The translations under genes were made by a program, and so were the position numbers. Positions 1-11,712 of a DNA stretch of 20,000 nt are shown here, piece by piece (the stretch's first letter is position 1; every line of letters begins with the position of its first letter). This DNA comes from Lama guanicoe (lineage: Eukaryota), in NCBI GenBank assembly GCA_013239625.1, contig MU053629.1:5046531-5066530 (forward strand). Reading direction: 5' to 3'. The notes under the pieces are model-generated. The model made no database searches. It had not been told where the DNA came from and worked only from the letters and a program-made list of their open reading frames with translations.

Positions 1-120
1 TTTTGGCAGGGGGGGAGGTAATTAGGTTTATTTGTTTATTTATAGAGGAGGTACTGGGAATTGACCCCAGGACCTTGTGCATGCTGAGCATGCGCTCTAC
101 CACTTTGAGCTATTCTCTCT
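1..120 (-). mobile_element. tRNA-derived SINE, camelid vic-1-like; tail runs off the window edge
   Basis: Reverse complement reads TAGCTCAAAGTGGTAGAGCGCATGCTCAGCATGCACAAGGTCCTGGGGTCAATTCCCAGTACCTCC (A and B boxes), then an AAATAAAC-rich spacer and CCTAATTACCTCCCCCC; homologous to the copies at 5558 and 16086. Confidence 0.85.
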
Positions 121-495
121 ATTTATTCTTAAAGAAACAAAAATTTTTAACAGAAAATGTTATTTGTTCTGTATCTCAGTCTTTATAGACTGAGGTTTAT
201 CAAACCTCAAACACAGTATGAAAAAGTTATCAGCTGATGAATCAATTTATAATACAGTATTTTGTGTAGCTTTTTTTTAATTTTGTTTTACCATTGATAA
301 TGGAACTCCTGTTCATTATTAAGTTTCTATAAATCATAGGAAAAAAATACAGTGAAGTTAATAAAAACCAAGAAATGTATCATTTTGTATATATCCTTCT
401 ATCTTTTTATTCCTTACTATAGCCAGTCATTTTTTTAGGGAAAATATTTTGACTCCAGGCTTTTTATATTATGGTTTAAAATGTGTAAATTCTTT

Positions 496-3283
496 CCTAA
501 ATACATGATGCAATGATTGACAGAACTGAAGGGAGTAATAGACAGTAACACAGTAATAGTAGGAGACTTCAATACCTCACTTTTGGTTATAGATAGAACA
601 GCCAGACAGGAGGACAATAAGGAAGCAAAGGACTTAAACAACACTATATACCAATTGGACCTAACAGACACATGCCGAGTACTGCACCCAGCAAAGCAGA
701 TTACACATTCCTCTCAAGTGCACACAGCACATTTTCTAAGATACAGAATATGGTAGGCTACAAACAAGTCCTAGCAAATTTAAGATTAAAATCATATTAA
801 ATATCTTCTCTAACCACAGTGGGATGAAACTAGAAATCAGTAACCGGAGATAGAAAGGAAAATCCATAAGTAGGAGGAAATTAAACAGTGCATTCTTAAA
901 CAACCAATGGGTCAAAGAAGAAATCACAAAGGAATTTAGAAAATATCTGAAGACAAATTAAGTGAAAACACAATATACCAAAACTTAAGGGATGCAACAG
1001 AAGCAGTAGGAAGAGGGAAGTTTATAGCGGTAAATGCTTACATTAAAAAAGGAAAAAGGTCTCAAATCAGCAACCTAACCTTATACCTCAAGCAACTAGA
1101 AAAAGAAAAACAAACTAAACCCGAGGTCAGCAGAAGGAAGGAAATAATTGAAGATTAGAGCAAAGATAAATGAAATAGAGAATAGAAAAACAGACTGAAA
1201 AAATCAGGAAATCAGGGGTTGGTTGTTTTTTTTTTTTTTTAAAGATTAGCAGAATTGACAAACCCTTAGCTAAACTAAGGAAAAAAGCGGGAAGACTCAA
1301 ATAGCTAAAATTAGAAATGAAAGAGGAGACATTATAACTGATGTCACAGAAATAAAAAGGATTATAAGAGACTGCTGTGCCAGAACATTGGCAAAGAAGA
1401 AATGGATAAATTCCTAGGAGGGAGAGATGAATAGATGGAGCACAAGTGATTTTTTAGGGCAGTGAAATTATTCTGTATGATACTATAGTGGCTACATGTC
1501 ATTATGCATTTGTCAAAGCCCATAGAATGTACAACGTCACAAGTGAACCCTAATGTAAACTCTGGACTTTGGTTGATAATAATGTGTCCATGTTGGTTCA
1601 TCGATTGTACCAAATATGCCACACTGATGAGGGATGTTGAGGGTAGGGGAGTGTATATGTGTGGGTGGGGAGGGCTTTGTGGGAACGCTCTATTTTCTGC
1701 TCAGTTCTACTGTAAACCTGAAACTGCTCTAAAAAAAATAAAGTCTATTAAAAGAAAAAAAAAAGCAGTGGATAAATTCCTAGAAACTTACAACCTACCA
1801 AGACTGAATCATGAAGAAATAAGAAATCTGAACAAACTTACAAGTAGTGAGGAGACTGAAGCAGCAATGAAAACCTCCCAATAAAGAAAAACCCAGGACC
1901 CTACGGCTTCACTGGAGAATCCTCCCAAACATTTAAAGAAGAATTAACACCAGTCCTTTTCTAACTCTTCCAAAGAATCGAAGAAAGAATATTCCCAAAC
2001 CCATTCTGTGAAGCTAGCATTATTGATCCCCAAACCATACACAGACATAACAAGACTACATAGAGGGTCTCTTTAAACAGGTGGCATTGGGAAAGCTGGA
2101 TATTCACGTCCAAAATAATGAAGTTGGACCCCTACTTTGCAGTATGTGCAAAAATTAACTCAAAATGGATTAAAAATCTAAACCATGAGATCTTAAATTG
2201 TTATATTCCTAGAAGAAAAAAATAGGGGAAAAGGTTCCGTTGAATTTGGCAGTGACTTCTTGGCCATGACACCAAAAGCATAGGCAACGAAAGCAAAAAT
2301 AGACCCATGGGACTACACCAGACTTAAAACTTGTGCATGTCAAAGGCAACAGTTAACAGGGTGAAAAGATAGCCTGTGGAATGGGAGAAAATAACTGTGA
2401 ATTTTATACCTGAGAAGGAACTTTTACAGCCCAACAACAACAACAAAAAACAAGCTGGTTAAAAGTAGGCAAAGGACTTGAATAGACTTTTCTCCCAAGA
2501 AGTTACACAGATGGCTGACAAGCACATGAAAAGATGTTCATCATCACTAATCATTAAGGAAATGCATGTCAAAATTACATAAGATAAACTTCACACTCTT
2601 CAGGATGGCCCTTGTCAATAAAACAGGGGATAATAAGAGTTGACAAGGATGCCAGAGACACTGGAACCCTTGTGTACTGTCGGTGGGAATGTAAAATGCT
2701 GCAGCCATTATGGAAAACAGTATGGAGTTTCCACAAAAATTTAAAAATAGAATTGCCGTGTCATCCAGCACTTCCTCTGGGTGAATATCCAAAAGAATTC
2801 AAAGCAAGATCTCAAAGAGATAATTTGCACACCCACGTTTATCACGACATTATTCACAACAGCCAAGGGGTAGAAGCATCCCATATGTCCATCAAGAGAT
2901 GAACAAATAAACTGTGTATATACACACAGTAGGATATTGTGTATACAACATTAAAAAAGGAAGCAATCCTGTCCTGTGCTACGTATGGTTGAACCTTGAG
3001 AACATTACAATAAGCAAGATAAACCAGTCACAGAAGCATAAGTACTGGACGATTCCACTCCTGAAATACCTAAAGTAGTCAAAATCATAGAAACAAAGTT
3101 GAAAGGTGGTTACCAAGGGCTAGGGGGAGGGCAGATTAGTGGGTACAGAGGTTCAGTGCTGCTGGATGAAGTTGTAGCTGCCTGTTACACAACACGAAAA
3201 TATGTAGCATTACTGAATTGCACACTTTAAGATGGTTAAGGTGGTAAACTTAATGTTAATTTTTTTTTAACCACAATAAAAAA
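496..3283 (+). mobile_element. Decayed, 5'-truncated LINE-1 (L1MB-like 3' end) with a nested insertion and an internal deletion
   Basis: ORF2 remnants: endonuclease VIVGDFNTSL...LDLTD (517-756), DKFLETYNLPRLNHEEI (about 1771-1820), C-terminal CRWECKMLQPLWKTVW (about 2680-2730). Many stops and frameshifts. L1MB-type 3' UTR ending ACCACAATAAAAA at about 3270-3283. Confidence 0.92.
1418..1768 (+). mobile_element. L1 3'-end fragment (L1MC1-like) nested inside the host L1
   Basis: Ends in AATAAAGTCTATT plus an A-tail; flanked by the exact duplication TGGATAAATTCCTAG at 1403-1417 and 1769-1783; the host ORF2 resumes after it. Confidence 0.85.
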
Positions 3284-5493
3284 TATTGGCTGGGTGGACA
3301 AGGGGTGTATTCTTAAGTAATCAGATAGATGTTATAACTGACTATGGTATAAAGGACTGTGGTATTTTTTAACATTTAGAAAAATGGTTTATAGACCAGG
3401 TTAGTGGAGGGTGGGAAAATGACATGTATGTTTTTTAAAGGTATATACTTTTCATACCTTCCTTTCCTCCAAACGCCGATTTATCCACCCTCCCCCTCAA
3501 CATGACTGCTTGCCACCTCATTCCATTATAAAACACCAGTCCAGAGAATATGAGAAATTTAGGAAAGTGCATATGCTTCATTTTCCGTTTAAATCACTGG
3601 CAGGAGTCTTGTTTTTCTGAAATCTCATTTTAAAAGTGTTTACAGTTATACTAATAAATATGGTGTTTATATCATTTAACATTTAGATGAAGCATTTATT
3701 CATATAAATAAGCACTACAATATAAATCTTGATGTTCTTATTTATAGAACTAGTTTTGAATTTCATAGTTGAGGTGATCTTTATGTTATTAGAAAATGTT
3801 AATCACGTTTTGCTCCTTGCATCTGTTAATTTAATGGGCAAGCTTTAATTTTTCTTTCCATAACCCCCTGTGCCTCCCTTTTTAGTTTAAATAGTTTTAG
3901 GAGTTCCTTTTAAATTGACTTATGCTTTCAAAATTCAGATTATAGGAAAAACCTCTATATATATAATCCATAATTATAATTCTTCTATGAATTTCTATTT
4001 GACCAAAGGGACAGTCCTTTTACGATTATTCTGGAACAGCAAGGCAATATATTTTAGGTATGTTTTTACTCTAAAAAGTAAAACTTAGTAATGACAACTC
4101 ATCTATATATCAAATTTATAGAATAATAAAAAAGATTTGTTCCCTTTGAAATATGTAAATATGATGTCTGACTGTGCATTTGAATTGCCCTTGTTATGAT
4201 ATACACAGCTCAAAATAAATGAGTTTCTGTTGTTTGCGTGCCATTTAGCTAAAGGCAATGGAAATAATTAAAAATGTTTTTGCTCTCTGGGAATTTTTGA
4301 GTTCTGATTTATTAAAAATAGAGCTGGAAGAACATTTGAGAACCTGCCTTGTGAGATACTCCCCAGACCTGTAAACTCAAATACAAATCACTTAGAATTA
4401 ATAGAAGGAAAAAAAAACACACTCTGTGGAAATTTATTCATGAAATATTTATGATGATGATGGTGATGGTGATAAAAAAATTTGTGGAATTCTTAATATC
4501 ACACCATTGCTTTCTCTTTAGAAGGAAAAAGTACATGACATTATTGATGTTTGTAAGGTCCTTTTGATATAAGCTGGTTTGAACTTAAATCTAATTCGGA
4601 TATTTTCCCTTTTGCCGTATTATCAGTTACGATTATGTTATAGTAAGATTCGTCCCATTAGAAAACTTACTTGGGAATTGTTTTCGGTGTTTATTTGCAA
4701 ATGATGCAAATATCCACCCCATCCTATAAAGGGAAAGGGGAATTAGTAATTACAAGATGAAGATGTTCAGAGCTAAGCTTCTCTCCTGATACCCAGTTAG
4801 AGAAATCAGTGTCCACTTGTGGATAAGTATTTAGAATTCAGTGATTATTTTGAAAAATCAGGCATATGAGGATTATCACAGAACAATTACCTTGTGATTC
4901 TTTGAAGCAAGGCGTTTGTGTGACAGCTGATAAACAGTGCATTCTGAATTGTGCTTGCCCTTTCCTATACCTTATCTGTACACATCCTTCCTGTGCCACT
5001 CATGCAGCAGTGTTCCTTAAAAACTCTGTAGGTGAACTTGTCAGTGTGGCTGATCATTAAGGGTTTGAGAGTTGCTGTCCACCAAAAAGATGAACCGACA
5101 GCTTGGGGATTATAGGACTGAAAATATGTGAGAGGATGGTCTTTGGAGAATAACTACTTTTCAGAGTATACAATTGTACGGCCTATGGCTTGGATTCTGC
5201 AACAGTCTTTATTTCTTATCTTTTTATCCATTGTCTTCATAAACTGTCATGAGTAGCCTGCTAGTTCTGTAGTTACATGGACCTTGTCTGTGATTACTAT
5301 GTGTGCCTAGGATTTCTATTCTATGACTTCTAGGAATTTGCACTTCAGAGGTAAGTTAGGGTCTGACTTAAGACATAAAAGTTCAATTTGGCACCACCAA
5401 CTAGATCGTTATTTGGAAAATGTTTCTAGGCTAATGTAGCATGTCCTGGCTAATGGTAAATAGATGGTTTTTCTTTTATAAGAGCTAGTTCTA

Positions 5494-5510
5494 TGTGTGT
5501 GTGTGTGTGT
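5494..5510. repeat. (TG)8 microsatellite
   Basis: Direct reading of the sequence. Confidence 0.9.
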
Positions 5511-5557
5511 ATTCTCATCAGGTACTTAGATAAATCAAATCATAAAAATTGAAGTAT

Positions 5558-5692
5558 GGGGGTAGGGTGTAGCTCAAGCGGTAAAGTGCATGCTTAGCAT
5601 ACACAAGTTCCCGGGTTCAATCCCCAGTACCTCCTCTAAACAAACAAACAAACCAACCCAACTACCTCCCCCAACAAAACCAAAAAAGAAAA
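5558..5692 (+). mobile_element. tRNA-derived SINE, camelid vic-1-like, full length
   Basis: GGGGGTAGGGTGTAGCTCAAGCGGTA (A box), GGTTCAATCCC (B box), (CAAA)n spacer and A-tail. Imperfect TSD AAAAATTGAAGTAT (5544-5557) / AAAAAATGAAGTGT (5693-5706). Confidence 0.9.
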
Positions 5693-6057
5693 AAAAAATG
5701 AAGTGTAGGAAGGGAGTAATGAAGTTGTTTAACACTGTGTGAGCACAGAATAGAAGACTGAGTCAGCTGCTGTTTGAGTGGGTCTCCTGCTAGCTTACAG
5801 AGTGATTTGAAGCAAGTAATTCTGTACTGTAATTAATCGTGGGGGGTAGTGTAGTCACATGGAGGGTAGAGTTGGGGGGCCAGAGAAGGGAGCTCTCAGT
5901 TTTTCTGTGCACTCCTCCTGTCCATACTTCTGATACTATAACTGGCTTTTCTCCCTTCTCAGAAATTGATAGCACATTCTGGGTTTATGTCCTTTTTATT
6001 CTTCATCACTACATCCTATTGCATTAAGGAGGAAACAGTGTTACTTCAGAGATAGAA

Positions 6058-6135
6058 AAAGAGGCCCAGCAAGGTTAAGTGCCTTTCCTAGAGTTACAGT
6101 AAATCATTGGTGCCAGAACAATAATTTAGGCCCCC
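6058..6135 (-). mobile_element. MIR fragment
   Basis: GAGGCCCAGCAAGGTTAAGTGCCTTTCCTAGAGTTACA resembles the reverse complement of the MIR core; highly diverged. Confidence 0.5.
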
Positions 6136-6854
6136 AAATGACAGTTCATTTCCGCAGTAGTCTAGGAAGTTGCACATTTCCCTGAAATTCTTCTAAGGCA
6201 AGAAACTTTTCCTCTTTTTTTCCTCATTTAACTCATATCCTTTTCAAGCCTTTGCATTTTTTAAGCTTGCAAATATGTGGGAGGTGTTTTCCTGATATTT
6301 AGCAAATAATGTGGTTAGTGAACGTAGATAACTTCTGTGCAGTACGGCCACTGTACGCCCTGGGGCCTCCACTGTGGTTATCCAGCTGCACTGTACGAGG
6401 CGCCCTCCAAGGAAGGAGGTCCAGATGTGGTAGCTCCCTGGGCAGGTCTCTATAGACAGCTTGTCTGCTTTGAGCTAAAGCTGGCAGTTCAGGGACCAGA
6501 CGAAGCCGATTTTGGTGTTTGTAGGACAGATTCAACCTATGTCAGCTTAAAGCACCATTCGCAGGGCAAGAAGAGAAAGTCTCATATCATGCTAGAGATG
6601 CTAGGAGTCCAGAGGTGTTTGCTGAATTGCCCATGGTGATGTGCAGGGAGGGAAGAAACAGAGAGCACACATGCCTGGCTTTCTTCTCAAAGCTGCCTTT
6701 TGGCATGTTAGGCCAAACATTGTGGGGAGTGCTCATTCCATTTTGACCTGTGAATTACTTTTGTTCAGAGATCAGGTTGATAATCAATGTCATTGTTATC
6801 TGTATCTTGCAGTATCTAATAAGGCATTCCTTCTTCCTTTCCCAATCCCCAGTA

Positions 6855-7025
6855 AAGTGGTTGTTAACTTTTTTGGATCAGGGATTACTCTAAAAATTTG
6901 CTGAAAACATGCTCTCCAGGAAAATGCACACACTTAAAAGATTTTGCATATAATTTCAAGAGATTCACAGTCCTGTCTGCTAAAAGCTGATCGGTGAGCT
7001 GTGGACTGAGAGTAAAGAAGACTTT
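6855..7025. mobile_element. Ancient hAT-Charlie MITE (Charlie4z-like)
   Basis: GTGGTTGTTAACTTTTTTGG start, internal CTCTCCAGGAAAATGCACACAC...TTTTGCATATAATTTCAAGAGATTCACAG and a decayed right end; family name assigned from memory. Confidence 0.55.
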
Positions 7026-7221
7026 CCATAGTTACTGATTTAATATCCAAAGAAATACTGTAATTTTTTAACCTGTAAATGTTTCACCTAAAATGTGTTT
7101 AGTGTTCTTCCATAGTAATGAGAGGTAAACATGATATGCTTTAAATCAGAATACTTATTATATTGTCTTTTGGGAAATTTTTACCAAAACTTATATTTAC
7201 TTCTGTCTCCCTCTTTTAAAG

Positions 7222-7382
7222 CTTGGTAAAATGCGGCTGACAATTCCATGTCGGGCCCTTACATGTTCTCATCTGCAGTGTTTTGATGCAACTCTTTATA
7301 TTCAGATGAATGAGAAAAAGCCAACCTGGGTTTGTCCTGTCTGCGATAAGAAGGCGCCATATGAACACCTTATTATTGACGG
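7222..7382 (+). CDS. PIAS1: PIAS1 coding exon (likely exon 9), SP-RING/MIZ zinc finger
   Basis: Pyrimidine tract and AAG acceptor ending at 7221; donor GG|GTATGT at 7383. The 161 nt encode [53 protein letters not shown](G), the PIAS SP-RING with its Cys/His ligands and WxCPVC. Starts in phase 0 and ends in phase 2. Confidence 0.97.
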
Positions 7383-8247
7383 GTATGTCGATTTAAAGTT
7401 TTTCCTTGCACCTCAGAGTAACCATCTACTTTTCATCTTTAAGTCTTCTTGTTCTGAAAATGTGTGCTTTACTGTCCGTCCGTCCATCCTGACATTTGCT
7501 GTTTAAAGCGCCAGTGGTTCTAAGCAGGGTGTGTGCTTACACTTTGTCCTAGCGTGACTCCTTCTGTCCCTAGACATGCAGACCAGATTAGAGAAAGAAT
7601 GAAAGAATGACCAAGTTCTGATTCACTTAAGCTGACCAAAATGTGGGCTTTTTAGTTAAGTTGCCTGTTTTTGTAGATTTTCTCGTCATCCATCATACCT
7701 AGTCCCTGCTGCACAGGCTTCTAAAGCGAGTCAGTACACTGAAAAGCAGTTCTCTTTGTTTTTCTCTTTTCTCTAAAATACTTACCTCTGTCTGTCTTCT
7801 CTACCCACAGCATCACAACAGTTTTTTTTTGTTTGTTTTAAACACTGGTGTTTTATCTGCCCTTCCGGACACCTTGGAATGTCCCTTTAATTTTTCTCCC
7901 ATTCTCTAACCTCCTTTTTGCTGTTGTGAAAAGAAGGATCTGTTGATGTTTCCTATACTCTCTAGCAAAACACTTAAGGCAACTTACCTAAAGTATTTGA
8001 GAAAACACAGGACTCTAAGATGTAACATAAGGAATGGAGTACCTTTAGCAATACAAGTGTAACCCAGAGCGTGGAGGATGTCAGACCAGTCATACAGGGA
8101 CAAGTAAACATGTTACTTAAATGTTTTATGTTTAATTTTTCAGAGACGATAAATCTGAATTGAATAATAATATTTTACCAACTCTGTATATTTATATAGC
8201 TTTAGATGCCCCGATCAATTGGGATTTTTCTTTCTCATTGTAAAGGT

Positions 8248-8294
8248 CATACATACACATAGACACACATAGACACACACACACACACTCACAC
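8248..8294. repeat. Imperfect (CA)n microsatellite with CACATAGACA units
   Basis: Direct reading of the sequence. Confidence 0.85.
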
Positions 8295-8554
8295 CCTAAA
8301 GAAAAATTGGAAAACGTAGGAAAATAAAAAGCTTTTATGTTGTGTTACTTTCCGATTTTTACTTTCCCATAATTGTATTTATACAATATTAGTATTTTTT
8401 ATCCTTTGGTTTCATCTAACATTATAACCCAAGAATTTGATCATTAATTTTACACATTTTTGCAAATCTTGTTTTTTAATATCTGCTTGGTATTTATCAA
8501 GGAGACTTAAACTTTCAATACATGTTTTTTTATGTAGTGCTTCAGTTCATCAAA

Positions 8555-8840
8555 TAAGATGTGCTTATTATAGGCAATTTGGATTATATAGAAAAGTATA
8601 AAGAAAAAGTTAATATCCACAATGTCACCACTCAGAGATAAACACTATTTATATACCACTTATACACAGAATTTTATTTTTAAAATGTTGAATTGTCTTT
8701 TTCTGGCCTCTTCTCACTTTCTGTGAACATAGTTTTCCTCCCATATTATTAAAAATCTTTGGAAACCTCATTTGTCATTGTTACATGATATTTTCTTGCA
8801 TCAAGTTACCATAATTTGAATAACTGTTCTCCTATTTAGC
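8555..8840 (-). mobile_element. Very old L1 (L1ME-like) fragment
   Basis: AAAAGTATAAAGAAAAAG...CACCACTCAGAGATAAACACT and downstream CCATAATTTGAATAACTGTTCTCCTATT resemble antisense L1ME 3' sequence; boundaries approximate. Confidence 0.4.
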
Positions 8841-8997
8841 CGTAGATTTTTGAGAACAAATACACCTTCTGTGTTTCCACTTTCCTTCTCATTTATACTT
8901 GTACCAAACATAGAAGTTCTGAATGTTTTTTGAAGAGTAATGATTCTGATGTCTTAATTTAGAATATGATATTCAAAGGGCAAATTGTTTTTTATAG

Positions 8998-9128
8998 CTT
9001 GTTTATGGAAATCCTAAAGTACTGTACAGATTGTGATGAAATACAGTTTAAGGAGGATGGCTCTTGGGCACCTATGAGGTCAAAGAAAGAAGTACAGGAA
9101 GTTTCTGCCTCTTACAATGGAGTCGATG
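8998..9128 (+). CDS. PIAS1: PIAS1 coding exon (likely exon 10), SP-CTD region
   Basis: TTTTTTATAG acceptor ending at 8997; donor G|GTGAGT at 9129. The 131 nt complete the GG|C Gly codon and encode LFMEILKYCTDCDEIQFKEDGSWAPMRSKKEVQEVSASYNGVD. Confidence 0.96.
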
Positions 9129-9822
9129 GTGAGTGTTCCTTTTCCAAAAGGGTGGTGCAGTCTCCCTGCGGTTGTAGAGCCTTGGTTTTTAATATTAAAA
9201 TGCATACATTTTTTAAAAAACACTCAGCAGTTTATGGAGAGCTCAATAAGTCTTATTTAATTATTGATTAAATGTTCAGAAGTAGTGAAACTTCTTAAAT
9301 TTACTTTTGCCAGCTTTTAAAATTCTGTGGTATAAGATTTCAAAGTGACATAATCTAAAAAGTTATTTGTAAAGTCATGCTTTTGAAATGGTATCTTATC
9401 CTTTTAAATTTTTAACAGACTTGGTACAGATTAGTAAATGTTCCTTTTTCATTTACATTTTTTCCCTGGCTTTTTTTTTTCTGCTGGAAGGAGGCTATGG
9501 CTTTTTAAAATGTTACCATAACATTTCTCAGTGTATCAGGTAATGTACAGGTAAACATGTGCAATGTAGTCTTTGCCCTCAGACGACTTTTATTCTGAAG
9601 TGGACGTACGTTTTGATTGTGTGCCCTAATTCAGAATTGTTTTTCCAAAAAATCCTGTAACAACCAATAATAAATAGTAGTTTTAAGCTTAGAGGAACAG
9701 AACCACTGTTGCTTTTCTACTCTCTGACCCGTAACTGATCAGCTAATCCATAGACACATTGCGGAAACAAAGAGAGATGTCATAGGTCTTTTTTGCCTTG
9801 TGTTTTAATCGTCCCCACACAG

Positions 9823-10003
9823 GATGCTTGAGCTCCACATTAGAGCACCAGGTGACTTCTCACCACCAGTCCTCAAATAAAAATAAGAAAGTAGAGGTGA
9901 TTGACCTCACCATAGACAGTTCATCTGATGAAGAGGAGGAAGAGCCATCTGCCAAGAGAACCTGTCCTTCCCTGTCTCCCACATCACCACTAAATAATAA
10001 AGG
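9823..10003 (+). CDS. PIAS1: PIAS1 coding exon (likely exon 11), containing the SIM and acidic tract
   Basis: CCCCACACAG acceptor ending at 9822; donor GG|GTAAGT at 10004. The 181 nt encode GCLSSTLEHQVTSHHQSSNKNKKVEVIDLTIDSSSDEEEEEPSAKRTCPSLSPTSPLNNK(G); phase is compatible with both neighbours. Confidence 0.96.
9891..9944 (+). other. PIAS1: SUMO-interacting motif with Ser/acidic extension (VEVIDLTIDSSSDEEEEE)
   Basis: Hydrophobic VIDL core followed by SSS and an acidic run; this is the established phospho-regulated SIM of PIAS proteins. Confidence 0.9.
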
Positions 10004-10214
10004 GTAAGTACTGAGAATTAAAAACAAAAAACTCCTTGACGAAGTTACTTTTGCAAATAGAATTAAAAGATCTGCCAAATAAAATGATTATGCATGATTA
10101 TAAAACTTAGCAGTCAGAGAACTTTCATCTGTGTTACATTCTTGAGGGGTTGCGGTGATGCACTAGAGGGGTCACTTGGATATGACATTCATCACACCAA
10201 AAAATGATTCTAGT

Positions 10215-10364
10215 AAGTAGTTCTCAAACTTTGGTGCACTTCAGAAGTCACCTGAAGGGCTTATTAAAGCACACATTGCTCTCCTATCCCTCCACGTCTG
10301 ATTCAGGAATAGGAACCGAGAAATTTGTATTTCTGTTAAGTTCCCGGGTGATCCTAGTGCTGCT
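10215..10364. mobile_element. MER5A-like hAT-Charlie MITE, one end missing
   Basis: AGTAGTTCTCAAACTT...TCAGAAGTCACCTGAAGGGCTTATTAAAGCACACATTGCT...TCTGATTCAG...AATTTGTATTTCTGTTAAGTTCCCGGGTGAT follows the MER5A consensus order. Confidence 0.8.
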
Positions 10365-10636
10365 TATAAGATTTAGGATATTTACTCAAACTGAAGAATG
10401 TATGCTGTGAAATTAACCCAAAGTTGAGTGTTTCAAGTAGGAAGCAGCAGAAGACCAGATGAAGGCTTTAAACGTGCCTCAGAACGTGTCAGGCTGGCAC
10501 TGAAAGCAGCCCAGTACTTACACAGAGTCACAATGCACAGTGCTTTCTATTTTGCAGACTCATTTCCCATACTTCCCATTAGTCTCATATCAATAATAAT
10601 GTACCTTGGCTTATGCTTCAGTTCGCGTCAGGAAAC

Positions 10637-10740
10637 ACTGATAGCTACTTTATGTAAAACTCCCTGTGCTAAACATGGGCGACAATAAAATGAGTGAGTA
10701 CAGTCCTAACCTGAAGGAGTTGAACATTTCGTAGGGGATG
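10637..10740 (-). mobile_element. L2 3' fragment
   Basis: CTGTGCTAAACATGGG...ACAGTCCTAACCTGAAGGAGTT resembles the antisense L2 3' end; highly diverged. Confidence 0.4.
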
Positions 10741-11641
10741 GTATATAAAGCAGGCAGCTACCTCCAGCTGTGCTCTTAAACAGACTGTCCCATCTCATGA
10801 GACATTGCAGCACGATTGTAGCACACTAAAGGTAAATCTAGAAATAGACATGACCTTTTTTAGGTAGACATCAGGAGAGTGGTGTGGCCTGGTGTAACCG
10901 AATAGGAACTATGTTTTTTAACGTTCCAGCACACAGGAGTGTCTGAAGAACGTAAGTGGGAGGAGGAAAGTCTACAGAAGACATGGTTACAGATTTCAAG
11001 GTTTAAGAGAGAAAGTTAACACCAGACCAAGAGCAGCATTTCTGTGCTCTGAGTCGAATTATTTTCAGGCTTGATGTTGTTTGATGAGATAAAAAGATCT
11101 TCTATTTGAAAAGGTGAAGTTGCAACAGTAAAAGAGCACAGCCATGATTAATGTCCCTCCTCTCTCGTTAGAGGGCTTTGTCTATTTCAGGAATCTTTAT
11201 AATGCAACCAGACATGCTCCACAGGTTGGTATTTTCACTCTAGAGTAGCTTATCTCCCCATACAGACTGAAATAAAGGCACTGAAAGCAGTATCATTATT
11301 CTAAACAGAATGAATATTTAAACACTAATTCCACTTTGCATTCTCCTTTATTAACGTTCACCTGTGGTGAATGCCTGCCTTGATGGCTGTTACCCAGCAA
11401 GCCTGACACCATCACTACAGCAGCTTTTATAAATCTGAGTGGGGAGAGAGCAAAAGTCACATTACTGGAAGCTGGCATAGGTAGAACAAATAGCTGTAGG
11501 ATTTTGATTCTAAGATATTTTATATTTAATGTATATTTTAATATAACTACAAACATATTATTACTTTAAATGCCATAGTAGCCCCATTAAAAGATATTTC
11601 ATAAATCTGGGTATAGAAATACTTAAATGAAGGATTAAATG

Positions 11642-11712
11642 ATGAAGAATTGTGCTGTACACCAGAAATCGACACAACATTGTAAACTGACTATAACTCA
11701 ATTTTTTTAAAA
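11642..11712 (+). mobile_element. Extremely 5'-truncated young artiodactyl/camelid L1 3' end
   Basis: TGCTGTACACCAGAAATCGACACAACATTGTAAACTGACTATAACTCAAT is a typical artiodactyl L1 terminus; exact 12-bp TSD AAGGATTAAATG at 11630-11641 and 11713-11724. Confidence 0.8.

Noticed and set aside
517..2902. ORFs 517-756, 1504-1884 and 2612-2902 as genes or an active reverse transcriptase system
   Set aside because: They are broken L1 ORF2 pieces; 1504-1884 is a chimera of the nested insert and the host, and the RT core is missing.
5558..5632. tRNA gene
   Set aside because: The tRNA-like head is followed by the SINE body, A-tail and TSD, and it recurs three times in the window, so it is a SINE.
10157..10175. 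CTCF-like site GCACTAGAGGGGTC
   Set aside because: Mismatches at key C positions of the core motif; unsupported without ChIP data.
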